A stretch of 31,790 nt of DNA from Methanobacteriota archaeon (GCA_034659235.1 JAYEGV010000103.1:1-31790); one strand, 5' to 3'; shown: positions 1-8,161, counted from the stretch's first letter. The notes: generated by a model not told the origin, from the sequence alone. Numbers and translations are program-made.

Positions 1-80
1 GTGTATGGGATTCGGGTGTTTGGATCAGATAGAAAACAGATAGCACACAGCGATGGCATGAAACAGATCGAGGAAGAAAG

Positions 81-740
81 ATGCGAGGCGCAAACCACAC
101 AACACTGATTCTCTTCTGGATTATCGTTCTCATAATAATTGGTATTCAGATCCGTGCCGGTGCAAGCATACTGCCATCATGCTTGTTGGCGATTGTCCTT
201 CTGACAGGGGGCATCGAGATTCCGGTTGCACGCAAACGGATGCGAAAACCATGTTACACGAGGGAAGCAGTACATCTACTCGAGGAGATACATTCAGTCC
301 CGCTGGAACGAGATTTTTCTGAGAAGAAACGTTTTTTTGACACGATAATCACGATCAATCTTGGTGGATTCGTGATACCATTCGTGGCTGCGTGCTATCT
401 CGGCGTGACATCTCCGAATCTTGCATCAATCGAGATTGGCATCATTATGATCGCGGTGACCCATATCATTGCAGTCTTTCAGGACGGAGTCGGGATCAAA
501 CTTCCGGATTACATCGGAATCGTACCACTTACGCTTGCGCTATTGCTGGCATCAGGCGAAGCCGCAACCGTGGCGTTTGCTGCTGGTGTTATCGGCATCC
601 TGATCGGGTTATGCACCGTTCTCGGCGCAATCGATCCCGAACGGCAGGGGAGCGCAAGGATCAGTATCGGTGGCGCAGGGAGTTTTCAGGCGATCTATGT
701 CACGATGCTGCTTGCGGTACTGGCATCGTTGATTGCTTGA
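81..740 (+). CDS. DUF1614-family membrane protein
   Basis: Multi-TM ORF with INLGGFVIP and C-terminal SIGGAGSF motifs resembling the DUF1614 NLGGAVIP / SIGGAGTFDG signatures. Confidence 0.7.
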   Translation: MRGANHTTLILFWIIVLIIIGIQIRAGASILPSCLLAIVLLTGGIEIPVARKRMRKPCYTREAVHLLEEIHSVPLERDFSEKKRFFDTIITINLGGFVIPFVAACYLGVTSPNLASIEIGIIMIAVTHIIAVFQDGVGIKLPDYIGIVPLTLALLLASGEAATVAFAAGVIGILIGLCTVLGAIDPERQGSARISIGGAGSFQAIYVTMLLAVLASLIA

Positions 741-759
741 AATTCTCCCATATAAGAGC

Positions 760-921
760 CACTGTCTAAAAACCCAGTGATTTATCACCGCGGAGATCGC
801 AGAGGGCGCAGAGTTTAAGACCGCTTCAATCCTCGCTGGGTTTTCTGATGCCTCTGCGTTCTCCGCGTACTCTGCGGTAAAACTTGAGGATATGGTGATT
901 TCACTGGAAAATTTGACAGTG
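760..921. mobile_element. 162-bp MITE-like element with imperfect 21-bp TIRs and 13-bp target-site duplication
   Basis: CCCATATAAGAGC is repeated exactly at 747-759 and 922-934. Left end CACTGTCTAAAAACCCAGTGA vs reverse complement of the right end CACTGTCAAATTTTCCAGTGA (16/21 match). Internal inverted arms at 787-813 and 852-878. No transposase. Confidence 0.75.
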
Positions 922-1092
922 CCCATATAAGAGCATCCCACGAGAGGACTGCCAACCTAACGCGGGTGTGTTTAGGCTCCAACTCTGATTCTTCCGGATA
1001 TCCGATAACCCTGAAGCGACAGAACACGAGACCCTGAATTGAGTAACTTCAAAACGTTCGCACAACACCAGATGATATGAAGCCCCATCGTT

Positions 1093-1108
1093 CAGAAAAC
1101 GTTAATAC
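1093..1108 (+). promoter_or_regulatory. Putative BRE/TATA promoter of tRNA-Ser
   Basis: CAGAAAAC-G-TTAATA about 28 nt upstream of the tRNA 5' end. Confidence 0.4.
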
Positions 1109-1134
1109 CAATACCCACAATCCGTTACTGTGGT

Positions 1135-1219
1135 GACGAGATAGCCAAGCCCGGTATGGCGCTGGATTGCTAATCCAGTGGTGCACTGCACCTCGGGGGT
1201 TCAAATCCCCCTCTCGTCG
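1135..1219 (+). tRNA. tRNA-Ser(GCT)
   Basis: Acceptor GACGAGA/TCTCGTC, anticodon stem CTGGA/TCCAG with GCT at 1169-1171, long variable arm, TTCAAAT T-loop, discriminator G. Confidence 0.96.
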
Positions 1220-1226
1220 TATTTTT

Positions 1227-2495
1227 CTATTCGATCATGAAAAAATCGCCGTTCGCCGGCGCTGTTGCATCGATCTCGTGCTCTTTAATCCATGCTGCAA
1301 AATCATCGGCACGGTCGCCATGCATAGCAAACACGATCTCGCCGCCGAGACCTGAGAATCTGCGTACAATCTCCTTTAACTCGGAATCCCCGCAATGAGC
1401 AGAGAAATCATACTGTTCCACTTCCATTCCCAGGTGCAGTACCCGCTTTCCTACAGTCAGATGCCCGTGTCTGAGAGCATGATAACCATTGGTGCCTTCG
1501 ACCTGATAGCCTGTCAGCAGAATCTTGCTGGACCGATCGCCGTGTATCTTGCTGATGTAATACAGTGCAGGTCCGCCGTTCAGCATCCCTGCAGTCGTGA
1601 CGATGATGGCATTCTTCAGTATTCGCGACCGCGTCTCCGGTTTCACCACGGTGCTATTATCGAATGCTTGCTGGAGTGCATCCGAATCACGCAGATACTC
1701 GGGATATTGGATGATCTTGCGGAAGACATCGATTCCCATCCCGTCAATGTACGGATGTAGCCCATGTTTATGCAGGATCATTACGATCTCCTGGGTTCTC
1801 CCGATCGCAAAACACGGGATGATTGCATTGCCACCGCGGTCGATCGTCTCGCGGATCGAATCGATGAATGCACGTTCCAGTTCCTTTCTTGGCGTGTGAT
1901 CGGTACCATAATACGTACTCTCGATGATCAGGATATCGGCTTTCGGCTGCTGCTCGGATCGATGCAGAAGATATGTATCTGTGAGATTCACATCTCCGGT
2001 ATAAAGTATCCTCATCCCGTTTTCCGATTCGAGGAGAACCGATGCCGAACCAGGGATGTGTCCCGCATCGTATAGCTCTGCGGTATATCTGCCGCACAAA
2101 AAGACGTCCCTGTAATCGATGGCGCAGGTGCACCGCAAAAACTCCTGGATATCCTGAGCATCGAACGGCGGCATCTGCCCGGCGCGTCTTGCGATTGAAA
2201 GCGTATCCTTTGCAAGAAATGAAGTGAGATATTTGGTAATCGGCGTGGTATAAACCCGCGGGTGAATATCCATGATATTCGGTACCAGCCCGCAGTGGTC
2301 AAGATGTCCGTGCGACACGATGACTGTTTCCGGACGGCTTCCATTCAATGGATATGACGGCGGATGATCTGGCGCTTCGCCTGGTTTCATCCCATAATCG
2401 AGCAGGATGTCATCATCGATCATAACCGCTGATCTGCCAACCTCTCTGCATCCACCGAGAAACCGTAACGAGCAATCCATGACAGATACGTACAT
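1227..2495 (-). CDS. Beta-CASP metallo-beta-lactamase ribonuclease (aCPSF2-like, no KH domains)
   Basis: FLGGCREVGRS, SHGHLDHCG, AGHIPGS, YTGD, ESTY and FSAH motifs. Start could instead be the ATG at 2480 or the TTG at 2501. Confidence 0.88.
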   Translation of the reverse strand: MYVSVMDCSLRFLGGCREVGRSAVMIDDDILLDYGMKPGEAPDHPPSYPLNGSRPETVIVSHGHLDHCGLVPNIMDIHPRVYTTPITKYLTSFLAKDTLSIARRAGQMPPFDAQDIQEFLRCTCAIDYRDVFLCGRYTAELYDAGHIPGSASVLLESENGMRILYTGDVNLTDTYLLHRSEQQPKADILIIESTYYGTDHTPRKELERAFIDSIRETIDRGGNAIIPCFAIGRTQEIVMILHKHGLHPYIDGMGIDVFRKIIQYPEYLRDSDALQQAFDNSTVVKPETRSRILKNAIIVTTAGMLNGGPALYYISKIHGDRSSKILLTGYQVEGTNGYHALRHGHLTVGKRVLHLGMEVEQYDFSAHCGDSELKEIVRRFSGLGGEIVFAMHGDRADDFAAWIKEHEIDATAPANGDFFMIE

Positions 2496-2530
2496 GCCCA
2501 ATAATGATAAACTTGTGGGTACAAAGCATA

Positions 2531-2540
2531 AGGTTTAAGT
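2531..2540 (+). promoter_or_regulatory. Putative TATA box for the tRNA-Asn/tRNA-Ile/priL transcript
   Basis: AGGTTTAAGT about 30 nt upstream of tRNA-Asn. Confidence 0.4.
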
Positions 2541-2570
2541 CTATACTGTTATGATTGATGTATATCGAAA

Positions 2571-2643
2571 GCCGCTATAACTCAGTTGGTAGAGTGCTTG
2601 GCTGTTAACCAAGATGTCACAGGTTCGAGCCCTGTTGGCGGCG
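2571..2643 (+). tRNA. tRNA-Asn(GTT)
   Basis: Acceptor GCCGCTA/TGGCGGC, anticodon stem CTTGG/CCAAG with GTT at 2604-2606, TTCGAGC T-loop. Confidence 0.96.
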
Positions 2644-2647
2644 CTGC

Positions 2648-2744
2648 GGGCCCATAGCTTAGCCAGGTTAGAGCGCTCGGCTCATAATTCTTCGTTCCAT
2701 AATGGGAAACCGAGCGGTCCTGCGTTCGAATCGCAGTGGGCCCA
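2648..2744 (+). tRNA. tRNA(CAT), probably tRNA-Ile2 (agmatidine-modified), with a 22-nt intron at 2687-2708
   Basis: Acceptor GGGCCCA/TGGGCCC and CAT at 2683-2685. BHB at position 37/38: CTCA (2681-2684) pairs with TGGG (2703-2706), with 3-nt bulges TAA and AAA. The GGGCCC acceptor and discriminator A match archaeal Ile2. Confidence 0.9.
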
Positions 2745-2769
2745 TCTCAAGAAATATAGAGAGACGCGT

Positions 2770-3786
2770 ATGATTCCGGATTTCAGTTTCGCGATCTATC
2801 CTTTCACATCCGAAGCCACTGCGTATGTCAGAGAACTGGAAATCCCCATTCCGGATCTCCTCAGTAAACGTGTATATGATCGCGTCCGCGTCCGCAGCAT
2901 GGAACGGGTGATTCAGGCAGTCGAGGGCAGAATCGAGAAGACTGTCGATACAGAGATTCAGGCAGAGATCGAACTGCTATCATATCCGATCGCCAGAATG
3001 ATCATATCCTGCATCAATGATTCGTATCTGATCCGCAGATATGCTCTTGCAGAGGCAAAAGCAGTCTATGACTCTCTTAAAACCGAACCGCAGGATTTCC
3101 TGATAGCGATGGGAGCTGAGTTCAATATGCATGTTGATGTGTCTGACCATGTATTCAGAATGCATTTTACCGATTATATCAGATACGCCCACCGCATGCA
3201 TGATCCCGGATGGAAACTGGTGAACAGAAGGCTGCATCGCGGCTGGGTTTCACTTTCACAAGATAAGTTTACACGATTATTACAGGAGGCGATCAGCGAT
3301 CGCATACAGCATGATCTGCCGCTTGATATCCCGTCTGAAATCTGCGATGCATTATCAAGATACATCAGTGCTGTGAATGAATCGCTTGGAACGCGAAAAA
3401 CCGAGTTTGATATCAAAGGCGCAGTTTGTACCGAGGCATTTCCGCCGTGCATCGTAGATATGATCGCAAGACTTCAGCAAGGTATCAACCTTCCGCATTC
3501 AGCAAGATTTGCAGTCACCTCGTTTCTGCTGAATATCGGCATGGATGTGAATGGGATTGTTCAAATGTTCGGTGGATCACCGGACTTTGATGAGTCACGA
3601 ACCAGATATCAGGTCGAGCATATCGCAGGACGCGAATACACCGCACCTGGTTGCGATGCGATGAAGACGTACGGGAATTGTACTGGCGCTGATGATCTAT
3701 GCGCAAGGATCAAGCATCCGCTTAACTATTATCGAATCAAAAAGACAGCTGCGGGTTCTGGCTCGAAGAAAAAACATGCTCAATAA
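2770..3786 (+). CDS. priL: DNA primase large subunit PriL
   Basis: LLSYPIAR, RRYALAEAK, FPPC, LPHSARF, RYQVEHIAG, APGCDAMK, HPLNYY (Fe-S CTD). Start moved to ATG 2770 because the tracked 5' extension runs through two tRNAs. Confidence 0.93.
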   Translation: MIPDFSFAIYPFTSEATAYVRELEIPIPDLLSKRVYDRVRVRSMERVIQAVEGRIEKTVDTEIQAEIELLSYPIARMIISCINDSYLIRRYALAEAKAVYDSLKTEPQDFLIAMGAEFNMHVDVSDHVFRMHFTDYIRYAHRMHDPGWKLVNRRLHRGWVSLSQDKFTRLLQEAISDRIQHDLPLDIPSEICDALSRYISAVNESLGTRKTEFDIKGAVCTEAFPPCIVDMIARLQQGINLPHSARFAVTSFLLNIGMDVNGIVQMFGGSPDFDESRTRYQVEHIAGREYTAPGCDAMKTYGNCTGADDLCARIKHPLNYYRIKKTAAGSGSKKKHAQ

Positions 3787-3830
3787 GTTGTGGTAAATCA
3801 GAGATCGAATGCGAATACGATAGAACGGTA

Positions 3831-3892
3831 AAATCAGTGTAATCTGTGTCTAAAAACTTTATCAGACACAGATTAACACTGATTTCACAGAT
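3831..3892. repeat. Palindromic intergenic repeat (21/22-bp inverted arms)
   Basis: AAATCAGTGTAATCTGTGTCT (3831-3851) pairs with AGACACAGATTAACACTGATTT (3864-3885) with one bulge. CACAGAT-like unit occurs three times. Confidence 0.7.
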
Positions 3893-3987
3893 TACTGGTT
3901 GTCTGTGACATTGGATCCATTTAAGAACTCCACACAATATTGAACATGTACCTAACGGTAGCTCTCTATCGTATGTGGAAAAACGCG

Positions 3988-4072
3988 GGCGTCTTTCTTT
4001 CTCGTCTCTCTCGCCTTTGCGTTAAACTGGAGAATGAGAACGCAAGGTCGCAAAGACGCTATGGCGAGAAAG
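3988..4072. repeat. Imperfect palindromic intergenic repeat (CGCAAAG type)
   Basis: CCTTTGCGTT (4014-4023) faces AACGCAAGG (4039-4047). Outer GGCGTCTTT / AAAGACGC and TCTTTCTCG / CGAGAAAGA pairs. Confidence 0.45.
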
Positions 4073-4215
4073 AATCTTTCGGCGTCTTTTGAAAACCACA
4101 GAATCAGTCAGAATCAGAAATTTTTGACCATAAAACTTCCATATTATAACCGCATTACTCTGTCAAGAGGACGATGTTGAGTGGCTAAACACGTACCAAA
4201 TGATTAGTCCGATCA

Positions 4216-4902
4216 CTACTGCACCACGATCCCATCATCACTGATCCTGTAACTCGCCTTCTCGTGTTTGAGTCCAGCCATTGCCTCAATGGTGAGTTCC
4301 TCGCCATCGAGATGGATGATGTTGTCCGCAGTCGCTTTCAGCATCGTCTCAATCTGCGGCTCGGCTGATCCCTCGGTGTATGTGATGATACCGGTGCCAC
4401 CAGCCATCTTGATCCGCATGGTGTATGACTTGAGTACCCTGATGATCAGGATCGGTGAGTTGAATGCAAAGAGGGTGGTCGATGAATCCAGAACCGACCG
4501 GAATCGCTGTGCCTGCTGATAGACGGATTGCAGTTGCTGGATGAGCTTGCTTGCGATATCGGTTGGATTCTGCGGAAAGGATACCATCATATTCTTGGTC
4601 TCTTTTTGTATCGCGCCAACCGAGCCTGATGCCGTATCGATCACATATAACCTTTTGTTTGAGATGTAATCATGGATGAACCAGTTAAAAGCCATCATCT
4701 GCTGTTCAAGTTGAGATAAATTATAATCCGTCATCAGATACATGCACAGATCCCCTTCTTCTGCGGACTGGCGGAGGAACTGATAGCAGAATATGGATTT
4801 CCCAGTCTTTGGCGGACCATAAACCAGAGTCATCGTATTCTCTGGCAGACCACCTGTCAGATTATCAAAACCCGCAATTCCCGATCTTATTTTTGGAATC
4901 AT
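4216..4902 (-). CDS. KaiC/RAD55-like single-domain ATPase
   Basis: IRSGIAGFDNL, Walker A GPPKTGKS, Walker B region VLDS, ADNIIHL. Confidence 0.85.
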   Translation of the reverse strand: MIPKIRSGIAGFDNLTGGLPENTMTLVYGPPKTGKSIFCYQFLRQSAEEGDLCMYLMTDYNLSQLEQQMMAFNWFIHDYISNKRLYVIDTASGSVGAIQKETKNMMVSFPQNPTDIASKLIQQLQSVYQQAQRFRSVLDSSTTLFAFNSPILIIRVLKSYTMRIKMAGGTGIITYTEGSAEPQIETMLKATADNIIHLDGEELTIEAMAGLKHEKASYRISDDGIVVQ

Positions 4903-6098
4903 ACCCTGTATATGAGGCTGAATAAAATGTCCAGAGCCTCATCAAGTCCCTGTTTGTTTGCTGCCGATACCGGCACGATCGGAACATCCTCCCAGAGTGC
5001 CATCCTCTTCTTGATCTCATCAGGCGACAATGCGTTTGGAAGGTCCTGCTTGTTGGCGATTATTACCTTTGGTATCGCCTCTGTACGGCACATCCGGATC
5101 ATCTCCTTTGCACGCACGAACGTCTCTGGCTTTGTCGAATCGATCACGACAAAAGTACCGATAGCCTCTCTTCCAAGCGGTTCGAGCAGAAGATCGAACC
5201 GTTCCTGACCCGGGGTGCCAAATACGTCAGCTGAGAACCCTTTGTAATCGACATGTCCAATATCGAGCCCGACCGTCGTAGGAAATAGTTCAAAGGTTTG
5301 TCGCTCTACTGAAACAGTATCCGGAGCAATTGCATGGGCGAATGTCGTTTTTCCGGCATTGTACGGACCTGTTACCAGCAGTTTTGGTATAAATACCCTG
5401 ACACCACCAGGTTCCAAAACCTCGAAGAATATCTTGCTTCCGGAAGTCTTTATCCAGTTTGACTTTGTGATTGCAAAGACCTGCCGATAAATTACCTTCT
5501 CCTCGACACTGAAGAGTTTAATTTCGCAGTCAACGATATCAGACAGTCTATCGAGCATCACTTTCTCATAGTTCCATCGTGTGAACATGTATACCATATC
5601 CACATCGTTCGATCGTGCCTCCTTATTCAATCGCTCGATCAGGTCGAATGTCTGATCAACACCGATGGAATCGAGAAGCGTTGCGATATTGTCAATTACA
5701 GCGGTTCCTCCTGCGATATCAGAGATCGCGTTCGTGACTGTCTCCTCACTTTCTGCAAAATCATCGACCACGTACCTGCCGATTGCTGGCATCCCCATCA
5801 TCGGAGATATGGAATCGACAAAGAATGCCTGACCTGAGTCAAGCGGTGATCGCAAATCCCATCCATATCTCTGAAATACGTGTTCGATCTCAACAGGTGT
5901 TCTGGTGTTTGTATAGATGAAGCAAACATCCCTCTCGTTGCGCATGCGCTCGGCAATGATCTGATACCCGAAAACCTCAGACGTGATGCCTGGCATCGAT
6001 GTGAACAATATCGAGGTGCCGGCAGGCATGCCACCACCAAGCAGTTCATCGAGCATAGGAATATAGGTCTTACGCTTGCATTCGGCGTCTTTCACCAT
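4899..6098 (-). CDS. Fusion of a degenerate KaiC/RAD55-like domain with a C-terminal MglA/CvnD-like small GTPase
   Basis: N-terminal IPMLDELLGGG with a degenerate P-loop (SMPGITSE). C-terminal G1 GPYNAGKT, G2 PTTVGLD, G3 FGTPGQERF, G4 NKQD, G5 SAA. ATG 6098 follows the SD GAGGT. Confidence 0.85.
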   Translation of the reverse strand: MVKDAECKRKTYIPMLDELLGGGMPAGTSILFTSMPGITSEVFGYQIIAERMRNERDVCFIYTNTRTPVEIEHVFQRYGWDLRSPLDSGQAFFVDSISPMMGMPAIGRYVVDDFAESEETVTNAISDIAGGTAVIDNIATLLDSIGVDQTFDLIERLNKEARSNDVDMVYMFTRWNYEKVMLDRLSDIVDCEIKLFSVEEKVIYRQVFAITKSNWIKTSGSKIFFEVLEPGGVRVFIPKLLVTGPYNAGKTTFAHAIAPDTVSVERQTFELFPTTVGLDIGHVDYKGFSADVFGTPGQERFDLLLEPLGREAIGTFVVIDSTKPETFVRAKEMIRMCRTEAIPKVIIANKQDLPNALSPDEIKKRMALWEDVPIVPVSAANKQGLDEALDILFSLIYRV

Positions 6099-6099
6099 G

Positions 6100-6477
6100 T
6101 TATACCTCTTCAAGGATCTCCTGCACCTGTTTCGCTCTCGTTTCGATCTCCATCATAATCAGTCCGAGTTGAGCGCCGGATTCTGCCAGTGCGATCAAGA
6201 TTGCCTTTTCACCGGCTGGCTGGAGCAGTATCGTTCCCTGCGCGGTCTTCACATGAATATCACTCACCGCTCCTGTCCCCATCTGTGTACTGGCAGTCTC
6301 AGCGCTTGCCATGATCGTGGAGCAGAGTGCTGCAACGATCCGCTCATTCATCTCTGGCGGCATGCGAGCTGTTATCAGCAGTCCTTCCTTGGAGACGATG
6401 CCAACGGCTTTGATCTGCCCGACTTCTCCGAATCTGGCAAGAATCATGTCCAGTCTTTCTTTCTTGGTTTCAGGCAT
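6100..6477 (-). CDS. Roadblock/LC7 (MglB-like) protein
   Basis: IKAVGIVSKEGLLI, IVAALCSTI, AILIAL, QLGLIMMEI pattern. ATG 6477 follows the SD GGTGAG. Confidence 0.88.
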   Translation of the reverse strand: MPETKKERLDMILARFGEVGQIKAVGIVSKEGLLITARMPPEMNERIVAALCSTIMASAETASTQMGTGAVSDIHVKTAQGTILLQPAGEKAILIALAESGAQLGLIMMEIETRAKQVQEILEEV

Positions 6478-6486
6478 CCGACTCAC

Positions 6487-6612
6487 CTACCCGATCAACT
6501 CAAAGGTCACCACGTAATCCCCGAGTTTCGCGGTTTCATTGGTTATTCTTATCTGGAACCGCTCACCAAAAACCTTTCTGGCTGCGGAGGCTGCATAGAA
6601 GCCTGGTGTCAC
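6487..6612 (-). CDS. Unannotated 41-aa small ORF (MTPGFYAASAARKVFGERFQIRITNETAKLGDYVVTFELIG)
   Basis: GTG start overlaps the upstream TGA (GTGA) and is preceded by AGGTGAG. Its TAG stop sits in the Roadblock SD. It fills the intergenic gap exactly. Confidence 0.5.
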   Translation of the reverse strand: MTPGFYAASAARKVFGERFQIRITNETAKLGDYVVTFELIG

Positions 6613-7049
6613 GATCTCACCTTCTCTGTTATCTCACATTCCTCTCCTGGTTCGAGTTTTGCATAACCCTCTCCTCTGGTGCCCTTCACAGCATCGATTG
6701 CACCCCTGATAATTCCCGGGATCGGGCATACCGTAGTCTCGAAGGCAGCTCCTCCAACCTTCGTCGGACAGATATTACATTTTCTGATCGTAAGCGTAAT
6801 CGAACCATCTCTTTCGGTGATCTCAGGTTCCTCTCCAACTTCGAGTTCGTCTGTGATTATCTCGATCAACTCTTTTACCGGTGTATCCTTATTCACTAGG
6901 CCCTTCTCGAGGAGGAGTTTGCCGATTTCAGCACCGATATATGAGGTGAAGAGATTGGTCTGCTCCTGACTTGACTTTCCGAACAGTTCCCAGATCGCCG
7001 CTCCCAAGCCCATAAATGCGCGATGCGCATACTCGATTTTGTTAGTCAT
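6609..7049 (-). CDS. V4R-like / methanogen output domain-like protein
   Basis: IRKCNICP, VCPIPGIIRGA and ECEI pattern. GGAGG SD upstream. Confidence 0.6.
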   Translation of the reverse strand: MTNKIEYAHRAFMGLGAAIWELFGKSSQEQTNLFTSYIGAEIGKLLLEKGLVNKDTPVKELIEIITDELEVGEEPEITERDGSITLTIRKCNICPTKVGGAAFETTVCPIPGIIRGAIDAVKGTRGEGYAKLEPGEECEITEKVRS

Positions 7050-7137
7050 CTGATATCCTCCTTGTATTTGGTTCGTGATTGGATGGGTGGATACATAAGC
7101 TTTTACAATCCGCGTGCTCCGATCTCGTAATCATCTC

Positions 7138-7686
7138 TCATACCATCAATCTCTGCTCAACCAGCTCTTTCTTTGGTGCGATCACGAATACGCAAGCATC
7201 TGCGCCCTCCGCAATACATTCGGTCTCAACGCATTCTATATCCTCTCTTCCTGTGAGCGCCCTCATAAATCCTGTGAGGATGCCGCATGAGTAATAACAG
7301 GCTTTTGATGTATCGCCATGCTTCTTCCACGCCCAACCCTCAAATGCATCCTTGCACGTAACAACACCTTTTGCATGTTCATAATCGATCTCTTCGACGA
7401 TGAAATCCCCGAACCCTAGCTGCGCATAAGCATCCACACAATCCTTAAAACCCTGCTCTGATTCTGTGATGCTGCCAGACCTGAGTGCTCCCCGAACATA
7501 CGCGATACCGCCTTCGATTGCAGCATTGTAATATACTGTGCCTGCAACCGGACCTATAAGTTGTTCGACTGACTTCCTGATTCCATAAAAACCATGCTCG
7601 ATATCGGTGAGGCATGTCCGTGACCCTTCGACATAGATCCAGCCCCTGCTCCTGAATTCGATAAGCCTGCATGATATAGTCATCAT
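7138..7686 (-). CDS. V4R (4-vinyl reductase) domain protein
   Basis: YAQLGFG, FEG, CYYSCGILTGF and VETECIAEGADACVF are V4R signatures. Confidence 0.88.
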   Translation of the reverse strand: MMTISCRLIEFRSRGWIYVEGSRTCLTDIEHGFYGIRKSVEQLIGPVAGTVYYNAAIEGGIAYVRGALRSGSITESEQGFKDCVDAYAQLGFGDFIVEEIDYEHAKGVVTCKDAFEGWAWKKHGDTSKACYYSCGILTGFMRALTGREDIECVETECIAEGADACVFVIAPKKELVEQRLMV

Positions 7687-7754
7687 CTCAATTGATGCTG
7701 CATAACCTAATTAAGGTTTGGGACTCTGGCACTGCCAGGACTGGGGACTGTCAG

Positions 7755-7797
7755 AAACAAAAAAAACAAAATATGAACGCATCCATCGCGCCCATAT
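7755..7797 (-). terminator. Hairpin plus U-tract terminator (copy 1)
   Basis: Minus strand ATATGGGCGC-GATGGAT-GCGTTCATAT followed by TTTGTTTTTTTTGTTT. Confidence 0.55.
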
Positions 7798-8161
7798 CCA
7801 CAAAGTACCTTTCAGTACTGCGTTAAATTATACTTTGTCTTCATCCGCACGTACGAGCCCCAGTCTGTTATTCTGAGCAGTTCGGTCATCTCTTCCATCA
7901 GCGGTGCCCATGTGTCGTCCCATTCCTCTGCCATGTTCCGCAGCCGCTTAAGATCGCCATCCCAGACCATCGTCTCACGGTTGTCCTGCAGGCAGATGAA
8001 GAGCTTTGCAGCACCTGCTTCGGTCTTGTCGTGCTTGAAATGCTCGATGCAGTGTTTCGTATCCCGGCCTCGTGTTACCATTCGTCGATCACCTCACCTG
8101 TCGTTACTCTTGTGCATATCGAAGCTCGGGTACCTGACATCGTAGCGGTTGATCATGTACT
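7771..8161. repeat. Direct repeat copy 1 (~390 bp), diverged paralog of 9656-10041
   Basis: Collinear with 9656-10041, including the terminator, the 89-aa gene and the 3' end of the 138-aa gene. Carries an extra 5-bp CACCT. Confidence 0.9.
7812..8081 (-). CDS. Hypothetical 89-aa protein (copy 1)
   Basis: 81/89 aa identical to 9698-9967, with additional synonymous changes. SD GAGGTGA. Confidence 0.75.
   Translation of the reverse strand: MVTRGRDTKHCIEHFKHDKTEAGAAKLFICLQDNRETMVWDGDLKRLRNMAEEWDDTWAPLMEEMTELLRITDWGSYVRMKTKYNLTQY

Noticed and set aside
1-80. Possible 3' end of an upstream gene
   Set aside because: Two open frames are plausible and neither has a recognisable motif, so it cannot be assigned.
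609-1027. Minus-strand ORFs 609-941 and 815-1027
   Set aside because: They run through the MITE palindrome, which tends to create open frames with TQR-type repeats. No family motifs.
1135-1219. tRNA-Ser as an integration site
   Set aside because: I saw no duplicated tRNA 3' end and there is no integrase in the window.
2614-2769. 52-codon N-terminal extension of PriL in the ORF track
   Set aside because: It overlaps two well-formed tRNA genes on the same strand.
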